64,000 nucleotides of DNA from Candidatus Altimarinota bacterium (lineage in GTDB: Bacteria; Patescibacteriota; Gracilibacteria; BD1-5; UBA2023), in NCBI GenBank assembly GCA_031386685.1, contig JANNCQ010000085.1:8241-72240 (forward strand), given 5' to 3'. Shown one piece after another: positions 36,604-45,848 of this stretch; positions within the stretch are counted from its first letter, which is position 1; each line of letters begins with the position of its first letter. A model generated the notes under the pieces. The model was not told where the DNA came from. It did no database searches and saw only the letters and a list, made by a program, of their open reading frames with translations. The translations under genes and the position numbers were made by a program.

Positions 36604-36780
36604 ATGAAAGTCCTCGATCGTGGTCAGTATCGTGAGTCGAAGGTCTGCCTCGTATGCGGTCGACCTTTTTCTATGAGGAAAAAGTGGAAAAAAGACTGGG
36701 AATCTGTACTCTATTGCTCAGAAAAATGCAAGAAAAACAAAAAATCATCCTCATCTGGTACAAGCGGGATCTCCGTATAA
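36604..36780 (+). CDS. DUF2256 domain protein (small zinc-ribbon protein often linked to photolyase genes)
   Basis: MKVLDRGQYRESKVCLVCGRPFSMRKKWKKDWESVLYCSEKCKK... 59 codons, stop TAA. Confidence 0.7.
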   Translation: MKVLDRGQYRESKVCLVCGRPFSMRKKWKKDWESVLYCSEKCKKNKKSSSSGTSGISV

Positions 36781-38266
36781 GTGATCACCGTCCTTTGGCC
36801 GATGCTCTCGCTCGATGAAAGAGTCAGCATATCCCAGTGATCGCTTTCTATAGCTTCGAGCCTCGTGTGACGACTGCTCCTGATTTCTCAGATTTCCATA
36901 GACAGTTCATAGAAGATTCACTTCATGATCTTTCTCATCACTCAAGGATATATGAGTCCAGCTTCTTATCTTCGAGCGGAATATATCTGATGTGATGAAG
37001 TATATCCTCGAATACTATGATATCGAGCATATTTTCTCTCATGAAGAGACGGGAAATGCTCTCACCTATGATCGCGATATCATGATGGGGAAGTATTTAA
37101 AGTCCAAAAATATCCCCTGGACAGAGCATCCCACAAACTGAGTCGTCCGACGTCTCAAGTCTCGTGATGACTGGTCGAAGATATGGAATAGTCGTATGAT
37201 AACCCCGATACTTCCTCCCCCAGAGTGACAGAAGTATTTTTCATCATGACTCGTCTCTGATTCCTGGAAGAGCGAGGGCAGGAATCCTCATATCCAAATG
37301 TGAGGAGAAGTAGAGTGACAGAAGACTCTTGCTTCATTTCTTATCTCACGTGGGAAGCGATATATGGGTGGGATGAGCCGACCGATCGAAGGACAGGAAG
37401 CGAGCTCGCGTATATCTGCCTATCTCGCGTATGGATGTATCTCCCTGAAGCAAGTCGTCCAGATGACGTGGATTCGTATGTCAGACCTGAAAGAAAAGTG
37501 AGATCAGAGATTTCTCCGGTCACTTCAGGCATTCCACTCCAGGCTTCACTGGCAGTCACACTTCATCCAGAAGCTTGAAGATGAGCCGAGACTCGAATAT
37601 ATGAATGCCATGAAGCTCTATGATATGATCCGTACGAAGTATGATGAAGATATCATCTCTTCAGTGGAATATGCACGTACGTGAGTACCATTTATCGATG
37701 GGATCGTGAGGCAGCTCAAAGCGACTGGGTGGATCAATTTTCGTGCTCGTGCGACTCTGGTATCTTTTGTCAGTTGTACCTGTATGCAGCCCTGGCAGGG
37801 GAGATTTGCTCACTGGCTTGCGAGACTATTCACTGACTATGAGCCAGGGATCCACTATATGCAACTCCAGATGCAGTCTGGGACTATGGGGATCAATACG
37901 ATCCGGATATATAATCCTATGAAGCAGCTTCATGATAAGGATAGTGATGGACTCTTCGTCGATGCATATCTACCAGAGCTCGCCAAGCTCCCGAAGCATC
38001 TTCAGGCTGAGCCATGGAAGATATCAGGCATGGAATCTATAGAGTATGACTTCATCCTTGGGCGTGACTATCCTCATCCTGTCATCGATGTCGAAGAGGC
38101 GAACAAACAAGCTAGGGAGATTCTCTATGATATGAAGTCGCAGATCGATCCTCGAGTAAAAGAGTCTATCGTCCGAAAGCATGCGAGTCGCAAATCACCC
38201 CTGCGTAAGAAAGCAAAGAAGAAAGAAAAAGAAAATCTAGATACCAATCTTTCACTTTTTGACTAG
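36726..38266 (+). CDS. cryptochrome/photolyase-family protein whose frame is interrupted by a -1 shift near 36941 (pseudogene, sequence error or recoding)
   Basis: The N-terminus MQEKQKIILIWYKRDLRISDHRPL...SLHDLSHH is in frame 0 (stops at 37098). The rest, LKDIGVQLLIF...HEETGNALTYDRD...GVVRRLKSRDDW...RLHWQSHFIQKLEDEP...TGWINFRARA...IRIYNP..., is in frame 2 (open only from 36902). The start lies inside the 3' end of DUF2256. Confidence 0.7.
37222..37324 (+). repeat. 90-nt in-frame segment bounded by 13-nt direct repeats inside the photolyase-family gene
   Basis: agagtgacagaag occurs at 37222-37234 and 37312-37324, exactly 90 nt apart. Internal hairpin gattcctg-gaagagcgaggg-caggaatc. Encodes ...EGQK[YFSSGLVSDSWKSEGRNPHIQMGGEVEGQK]T... 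Confidence 0.6.
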
Positions 38267-38275
38267 AATATTTCT

Positions 38276-39997
38276 ATGAAAAAAGAAATCTCTCAAAAAC
38301 AAGAAATTCGAGGAAGTGAAGATTTTTCGCAATGAATTTACTGATCTGTAAATGAGTGAGAAAAATCTAATACTGCCGAAGAAGCTCGCGGTTTTTCAGT
38401 GATTTCTAAAGCTCAGTGGATTCTCTATGATCAGTGTAATATACAGTATATCGAAGAATGAGTGACCGATATTTTTTTCATACTCTTCACGGGAGTTCGC
38501 ATAGTATCTCCAGTAGGAGATCTCAGCTTCAATATCCGCAGTAAGATCGCCGAATACGCTATCGCAAAAGGGTTTCTCACTGAGTGTGAGAATCTAGGAT
38601 TTCGTACTCATTGGATAGAAGCTCAGAGTTACAAAGATGGTATACTAGAATTCGTAATAAAAACAGGAATCACTGATATCATATTGATGCGATCGAGTGA
38701 AGAGTATCTCGTAAAAAAGATCGAGAAATATATACTCCCATGAGTATCATTTCGAGTATTTCCGAATCGACAGTTTCTCATAGATCCTGAGGAGTTCCGA
38801 GAGAGATTCGAGAAGCCTCCGATCATGGAGACATTTTACCGGTATATGCGAAAAAGTCGTGACATCCTCATGGAAGATGATGGGAAGCCCGTATGAGGAA
38901 AGTGGAACTATGATAGTGAGAATCGGTCGTTCGATAAGACTCATACTCCAAGTTGGAACTGGAAGGTGAGAGATACTCAGTATATCGATGAAGCCAAAAG
39001 ATACTATGGTGCTCAGGATATCGAATTCTCACTTCCTGTGACGCGGAGTGATTCTCTGTCGCTCCTTCAGTACTTCCTCGAATATCACTATCACGACTTC
39101 GGACGCCTCGAAGATGCGATGTATCAGGATGATATGCGAGTCCACCACTCGATGATTTCGACAGCGATGAATTTCTGACTCATTACTCCTCTCGAAGTCA
39201 TCCAGTCCGCACTTGGGTATCATGCACCCCTTTCGAGTGTCGAGGGGTTCATCCGGCAGATCCTCGGCTGGCGTGAGTATATGAGGCAGTACTATCTCTT
39301 CTACTATGATGATATCTATATGCAGAATGCACTCGATCATCACGATAAGCTTCCGAAGGAGTGGTGGAGCTATGATGGATGATGAGGAAAAGCCCAAAAA
39401 TCACAAGAGTGAGTGATTTCTCAAAAACAAGAAATTCGAGAAAGTGAAGATTTTTCGAAGAGAGTTTACGACCATCTAAATGAGCAAGAAAAATCTGATA
39501 ATGACGATGAAGTTCGTAGCTTTTCAAAAATCACAATGATGAATTGTGTGGATACTGTACTGGGTAGAGTACAATCCGAGAATTATTCGCATCATATCGA
39601 ACGACTCATGATCATCGGGAACTATACACTCCTTAGAGGATATCATCCACATGAGGTGAATCGGTGGTTCTGGGAGATGTATAGTGATGCATTCGAGTGG
39701 GTCGTATCTCCGAATGTCCTCGCTATGAGTCAGTATAGTGACGGAGGGAGACTCGCGACGAAGCCATATATCTCAGGCGGGACCTATATCGAGAAGATGA
39801 GTGACTACTGTAAGGTATGTCAGTATAGTGTGAAGGAGAAGACTTGCCCTATGACCCATCTCTACTGGGATTTTGTCGATCGTAATCAGTCACTCTTCGA
39901 GAAATGACGGACTCCCTATGTCCTCTCTACCCTTGCGAAAGTCGATATCGAGAAGATCCGACTTGCGAAAGAAATATTCATCCATAAAACCCTCTAA
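38276..39997 (+). CDS. FeS-BCP-type cryptochrome/(6-4) photolyase-like protein (COG3046 family)
   Basis: ...PIMETFYRYMRK...GKWNYDSENR...EGFIRQILGWREYMR...YSHHIERLMIIGNY...WFWEMYSDAFEWVVSPNVLAMSQYSDGGRLATKPYISGGTYIEKMSDYCKVCQY...CPMTHLYWDF (four Cys for an Fe-S cluster). Four fragments are in one frame. The true start may lie downstream of the R1 repeat, around 38400. Confidence 0.85.
38285..38406 (+). mobile_element. R-family MITE-like repeat, copy R1
   Basis: About 75 percent identical to 39413..39534. Terminal inverted repeats agaaatctctcaaaaac / gtttttcagtgatttct. Confidence 0.65.
39413..39534 (+). mobile_element. R-family MITE-like repeat, copy R2, in frame inside the FeS-BCP gene
   Basis: gtgatttctcaaaaacaagaaattcgagaaagtgaagatttttcg...cttttcaaaaatcac. 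Encodes VISQKQEIRESEDFSKRVYDHLNEQEKSDNDDEVRSFSKI. An 11-nt direct repeat caaaaatcaca occurs at 39395 and 39525. Confidence 0.65.
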
Positions 39998-39999
39998 AT

Positions 40000-40503
40000 A
40001 TGCGTAAACCCTGGAATCTCCCATCCTATCCCGTCTACTCACTTCTCACGGAGGATACTCTTACGAGCAATTCTCAAATAGAGATATTCGATGAGCCGAG
40101 ATACAATATGAATATTATGACGTACGTGATCCCTGTGAGTATGCAACCGAAGCACTATATCATCGCTCTTTATCGTGATACTCAGTCTCTCGCGAACTGG
40201 CAAGTGACGCATAGAGGTATCCTCCAGATCCTCGCTCCCGGACACTCTTCGCTCGTACGAGTCCTCGGGAAGAAGTCAGGGAAGTCCTATGATAAGATGG
40301 CATATCTGAAGAAAAAATGACTCCTCACACTAGAGAATCATCTTTCATGAATTGCTGGATATATAGAACTCGAAGAGATCGAGAGACTTCCTGATGGTGG
40401 ATGAGACCACGAGCTCTATCTCTGTCGAGTCATATCATCGAAGACGTATCATGAAGATGTATTAACTACGGGGGTATTGGTGGAAGAAGGAGTGATACTC
40501 TAG
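40000..40503 (+). CDS. flavin reductase-like (FMN-binding split-barrel) protein
   Basis: ...NMNIMTYVIPVSMQPKHYIIALYRDTQSLANW...LAPGHSSLVRVLGKKSGKSYDK... Reads through TGA to TAG at 40501-40503. Confidence 0.7.
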
Positions 40504-40562
40504 AAAGATTTTGCTTTCAAAGGTATATAGTGATATATTTCTTATAGATTTATCATATTCTC

Positions 40563-41300
40563 ATGAGCATACTCAAACTTGATCCACATAATCCACTTTC
40601 GATAGATATATATGGCCCGTATGGTTTTCATCCAATAGTAGATGATACTCGTGATCATGCGCGATGGATCCTCGAGGAGTCTTTGCCGTGGGTCGATGCA
40701 AAAATAATAAAAGATATAGAAATCGAACTAATGTATGCTACTTCCGATAATATCTCATGAGTCCCTCAGTATCCTATAGGTATGAAGGCCGTACTCAGAA
40801 AAGAGGTTACTCTCATGCTGAGAGAGTCGCAAAATTATCTAAAGAGGAAGATGTGACCAGAATATTCTCTTCGTATCCTAGATGCTGGAAGGCCTGATTT
40901 TGTGCAGAAGATTATGTTTGATTGGTGCCAAGCACAAGAAGACAAGAGTATGCATACACTTTTTGCAGATCCTGAGCGTGGTTCTATGCATACTTACGGT
41001 TGTGCGGTAGATGTCACGATTACGAAGAATGGAGTACCACTAGAAATGGGTACAAAGTTCGATGATCCGAGTAAAATGGCAATGCCAAAATACGAATTAC
41101 TGCTCCTTGCAAGTGGAGAGCTAACTATTGAAGTCATAGAAAATAGAGAGCTACTTCGTGATGTTATGGAATATTGATGACTTTCGAATATTGATAATGA
41201 ATGGTGGCATTTCGAGACGCCAGATGATGAAGATGATCTCGGAAGACGAAAAAAAATACGAGATGGTTCACTACCGAGATTAAATAAGTGTTTTTTTTAA
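40563..41300 (+). CDS. VanX/DdpX-like D-Ala-D-Ala dipeptidase (peptidase M15D)
   Basis: ...IELMYATSDNISG...ILDAGRP...SMHTYGCAVDVTI...DNEWWHFE. 246 codons. Confidence 0.75.
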
Positions 41301-41434
41301 AAAATCTCTAGTTTTCATGTGAGTGACTTTTCTGAAATGAATACTAACCAGCCAATATGAAAAGTATTTTTTTTATATGAGTAAGAATGCTGATTTTCTA
41401 AATAGTTTTCACTCTATTTTTCCTCTATATAGAG

Positions 41435-41462
41435 TTGGCAATCTTCATATTTTCTCTATAAT
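41435..41462 (+). promoter_or_regulatory. sigma70-like promoter giving a near-leaderless transcript
   Basis: TTGGCA (41435-41440), 16-nt spacer, TATAAT (41457-41462). ATG at 41469. Confidence 0.6.
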
Positions 41463-41468
41463 CTGACT

Positions 41469-41804
41469 ATGCCCAAAGTGAAACTCGAACATATCGATGC
41501 CCTCTCCAGGTGAAAAAAATCAGGAATCAGACTCGGGAGTCGAGCCGTGCCACACCATCTCTATGTCTATGAGCGTGAGGAGTATGAACGAGCCCTGAAG
41601 CGAGGATATCTCATAGTCGATAAGACCGATCGAGTAAATACCCAAAATCTCTGGATGCTCGTCTGCGAATCTCGCATGTCCGAATGCCTCATCCTCCATA
41701 AGATTGATGAGAGATGAGTCGTGACGTCGGGTGCAGGGACGATATTCGTCGGACTCCTCTCGGAAGCCAAGACGTATCTGAAAAATATGAAACTCACAAA
41801 ATAA
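41469..41804 (+). CDS. hypothetical protein (111 aa)
   Basis: 112 codons, two TGA, stop TAA at 41802-41804, strong promoter. The antisense ORF 41567..41797 was rejected. Confidence 0.5.
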
Positions 41805-41831
41805 TCAAATCATATTACTCCTGAAATAATC

Positions 41832-42959
41832 ATGAAAATCCCTCACTATACATTCCCGACAGACCGAGCAAGTATCGAGGCACGTATCGACTCTATTGAT
41901 CCCATAGCTTATGGTAAAGATCGCAACTATCTCACCGGGAATGTGACGATGCTCTCCCCGTATATATCGAGAGGATTCATCACTATTCGTGAGATACGTG
42001 ATCGAGTCCTTGCTCGGGGATTTCGTGCACATCAGATCGAGCAATTCCTGAAGGAGCTTGCTTGGCGAGAATATTTCCTCCGAGTATGGGAATGACTTGG
42101 GACCGATCGTATGATGGTCGATATCCGCTTCGATCAGGAGGATGTCCTCACGCATGATATGCCACGAGTATTCTCGGATGCGAGTACAGGGATTGAAGCC
42201 CTCGATAGGTGAATAGAAGCTCTCTACGAGACAGGCTATATGCATAATCATCTGCGTATGTATATCGCAGGGATCGCATGTAACATGAGTGGAGCTCACT
42301 GGAGGACTCCGAGTCATTGGATGTACTATCATCTCCTTGACGGAGATCTCGCGTCCAATACGTGTAGCTGGCAGTGGAATGCCTGAGCTTTCTCTTCGAA
42401 GAAATATATCACGATCCAGACTAATATCAATCAGTATACCGGATCGACTCAGAGAAAGACTTTTCTCGATCGAAGTTATGAAGATATCTGGACGACGAAA
42501 GTCCCTGATCATATGCGAGAATATATACCAATTCAGTTCTCGACCCCACTTCCTGAGAGTGACGTATTTACCCTTGATCCAAGTCTGCCACTCTGCATCT
42601 ATACCAATTACTCTATCAATCCAAGTTGGAAGCAAGATATCCAATCTCATCGTATCCTCGTACTTTCGCCTTCACATTTTGCACGATTCCCTGTGTCAGA
42701 GAAAGTCATAGACTTCATCGTCCGTCTCGCGAAGGATAATATCTCGGGAATGCAAGTATTCGTATGAGAGATCGAGGATCTCAGAGATGTGTATCGAAAA
42801 ATCTCACAAAAAGAGATATACCTCGTCGATCATATCCTCTACTCGGGCATCACAGGAGTCGCGAAGACAGCTTATCCCTATATGATTCCTGAAGTGAGTG
42901 CGTATTGTACCTCATTTTTTGCTTATTGGAAGCAGGTTGAGAGGTATATGATGAGATAA
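41832..42959 (+). CDS. photolyase-family protein starting directly with the FAD-binding domain, followed by an alpha/beta-like domain (apparent permuted order)
   Basis: ...LSPYISRGFITIREI...FLKELAWREYFLRVWEG...TGYMHNHLRMYIAGIACN...LLDGDLASNTCSWQWNAG..., then ...LCIYTNYSINPSW...ILVLSPSHF...VIDFIVRLAKDNISGMQVFVGE. 376 codons; frame scan clean. Confidence 0.75.
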
Positions 42960-42968
42960 TTTGATTCC

Positions 42969-44423
42969 ATGTATTTTTCCTATATACTCGCTTCCATGCT
43001 GAAGAAGATCCTCATCACCCTTGCTCTCCTTATTTGTATAGGTACTTTTGCAGTCTTCGGTTTTGCTATTTATACTGAGCGTCAAGAGTTCATAGAGCAT
43101 ATCTCACTGCTCTCATCGCAAGATCTTATCCATCAGACTGAGCTCACCACGCTGAAAGAGAAGGTCACTCTCCTCGAATCACAGTACGCCCAAGATGAGA
43201 AATATCTCACCTATTCAGGGACACTTCACTATATCCCTCTCGACTGACTCCTCGATACTACCGCTTCAGGATTTCTGATGGCAGATGCCTATGATGCTGT
43301 CAGGTTTCACAATACTTCGACAGAGCGTATCACTCTGGATATATACGATACACAAGATATAAGCACCTCTCCACTTTTCAGTCTTCAGATAGAGAGTGGT
43401 GCAATCAATTTTTTCTCACTGAAGAAGTCGGGGATGTATGCATATAAAACAGGCGCACAAAAATGAGTGATCATCATCGGGAAAGAATACTTAGATAAGT
43501 ACAATCTTGATTCCTTCCTAAAGAAAGAGATATTCCCGCTTTTTGATCCGAAGGATCAATCGTCTATCAAAAAAGCACTCCTTCACTTTAAGGAGATCAC
43601 GATGAATAATGTTCTCATCTCGAAAAACTGCCATAACCTTGCTCATGATATCGGACATGAGTCGTTCCAGAAATACGGGTTCTCTGTCGCGATCACGTGA
43701 TGACAAGATGATGTCTGTGCCTGATGATATACGCACTGAGTACTCGAATCGTATTTCGAGTCCGAGCCCAAGCTCGTAGAAAATCCAGAGTCTGCCTGTT
43801 CGACTATTGAAGGAAAGAAAAAAGGATCATGTTTTCACTGAGTCGGTCATGGACTTATGTTCATATCTGCTAATGATATCGCGGCTTCTCTCGAAGGCTG
43901 TCGTAAACTTTCTACTCCTGTTTGGAAGAATCGATGTGCTGAGTGAGTATTTATGGAGCTCTACTCCTGAGATCCGAAGCATGCATTTTGACAAATCAAA
44001 TACTCCACGGGAGACCTCTTTGTTCCTTGTATCACTTATGGAAGTGGAAGTGAGTGATATGTCTGTGGTTTCTATGCTGGACTCGGGTATATGAGATATG
44101 CAAGTGAAGACTATATAGGAGCACTCATCGCATGTGAAAAATGATGAGTATATACTCCTATGTGTATACGATGAGTCGGTCGTGAAATCGCTAAGAGATA
44201 CATCGGAGATGCTCTCAAGCTCGAAAGTATCTGCTCGAATCTTTCAGATCAAGTTGCAAAAATAAACTGTATAAATTGAGGGGTCAGCTATACGAAACTT
44301 CAGTTCGAAGATGAAGCACATCTCATAGAAGGTTATTGTCGTGGATTCCAGTCATTTTCGGAGCTTTGTACCGGAAAAAAGATAGACGAAACGACTCTAG
44401 AATCATCAGGATCATTACTCTAA
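42969..44423 (+). CDS. membrane-anchored hypothetical protein with repeated Cys-x-x-Gly/His motifs
   Basis: Fragments 42969.., 43278.., 43467.. are in one frame and continue to TAA at 44421-44423 (485 codons). N-terminal TM helix. Repeats CHNLAHDIGHE, CFHGVGHGLM, CAEGVFME, CGFYAGLGY, CIRGVGREI, CINGGVSY. Confidence 0.6.
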
Positions 44424-44430
44424 AACACTT

Positions 44431-45756
44431 ATGGCAAAACTCCAAAATCGTAGCCTCTTCATCTTCCGTCAGGATCTTCGTACTCATGATAATACTGCGC
44501 TCATCGAAGCGATGAGAAATTCTAAAGAAGTATTTCCAATTTTTATCCATGATACTCGTGCGATAGAGGACTTCGGTATGGATGATCCTCGATTTGGCTT
44601 CATCCGAGAAGCACTTGAGTCGATCGATACTGAGCTTCAGAAAGTATGATGAAGACTGACCGTATACCGAGGAAATCCAGATGATATCGTATGAGAGATT
44701 ATAGAAAAATATCAGATTAATGCGATCTATCTGAATCGGTCATATTCTCCAAGAGGGAAGGAGCGAGATGAGGGTATTATGAATCTTTGTGACTCGAGTT
44801 GAGTCAGTTTTCATTCATTTCAAGACTTTCTCATGGTAGAGCCAGAGGAGTGTGAACAACGTAAGGTATTCACCCCATATTCGATGCTCTGGAAGAAATT
44901 TATCATAGCGCATCCTGAGAGAATTGAGATTCATGCATTCGATGGAACTCTCGCAAAATGGTATATTCCAAATGATCGACGAGAAATCGGAGATACCATC
45001 ACAGTACCACATCATCCACTCTGGACGATGCAGTTCGGTCATGAGCGCTTAGAGAGAGACTTTTCTCACTATGTTGATCTTCGCAATCTTCCAGCTATCG
45101 ATGGTTCTACACGACTCTCTCCGTATATCCGATTTGGGATATTCTCGGTACGTGAGATATATGAGAAAGTGAGAGAAAATCCGACACTCCTCTCTGAGAT
45201 TATTTGGCGAGAGTTTTGGTATCAGATAGCGTATTATTTTCCATTCACCTACTCTCTCGAATTCCAGGAACGTCGTCGGACGATCGAGTGGGATAGAGAT
45301 GAGTCGAGCTATGAGTGGGAGATGTTCCAAAAATGAAAAACGTGATATCCTCTCGTCGATGCTGCAATACGTCAACTTATACAGACCAATTGGATGCACA
45401 ATCGACTCCGTATGGTGGTAGCCTCATTCCTCACGAAGAACCTCGGGGTCGACTGGCGAATGGGAGAGAAATGGTTCCGGAAATATCTCATCGACTATGA
45501 TGAAGCAGTGAACTTCGGGAACTGGCAGTGGAGTGCAAGTGTGGGGGCTGATCCGAAGCCTGTGAGAATCTTCAATCCGCTCCTCCAATCAGAAAGATTC
45601 GATACAGAATGTAAATTCATCAAAAAATACCTTCCAGAACTAGAAGGTATTGATCCAAAAAGAATTCATACTCTTGATCTGAAGGGAGTCTATAACGCTC
45701 CAGTGGTCGATCAGAAAGAGAGTGCTGCGAAGGCGAGAGAGAGATATAGGGGATAG
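44431..45756 (+). CDS. phr: deoxyribodipyrimidine photolyase (class I CPD / DASH-like)
   Basis: LFIFRQDLRTHDNTAL...STRLSPYIRFGIFSVREI...WREFWYQ...[36 protein letters not shown]...NFGNWQWSAS...RIFNP. Three fragments in one frame. Stop TAG at 45754-45756. Confidence 0.9.
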
Positions 45757-45759
45757 TCT

Positions 45760-45837
45760 CTGTCATTTCGAGCTTGCGAGAAATCATGCCCATTTCGGGT
45801 CCATCAGAGTAGGATGTCTCCTTCGTCGACATGACGG
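45760..45837. mobile_element. S-family palindromic (MITE-like) element, intergenic copy
   Basis: ctgtcatttcgag...aggatgtctccttcgtcgacatgacgg. The termini are imperfect inverted repeats. Sits between the convergent phr and tfoX stops. Confidence 0.65.
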
Positions 45838-45848
45838 GGAGGGTGTGA

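Noticed and set aside
36930-36950. Programmed -1 ribosomal frameshift in the photolyase-family gene.
   Set aside because: There is no slippery X XXY YYZ heptamer and no obvious downstream pseudoknot at the junction. A sequencing or assembly indel, or a genuine pseudogene, is more likely, though recoding is not excluded.
38285-39534. R1/R2 as template and variable repeats of a diversity-generating retroelement.
   Set aside because: The differences between the copies are not restricted to adenine positions, and no reverse transcriptase gene is nearby.
41805-42650. 281-aa minus-strand ORF in the track.
   Set aside because: It is antisense to a clear photolyase-family gene (41832..42959), and its Ser/Arg/Ile-rich composition has no motifs. 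It is a shadow ORF. The same reasoning applies to 58468..59364(+) opposite cysS, 61991..62707(-) opposite pyrH, 21451..21975(+) opposite ftsZ, 23085..23808(+) opposite ftsA and 16372..16983(+) opposite the pil-operon gene.
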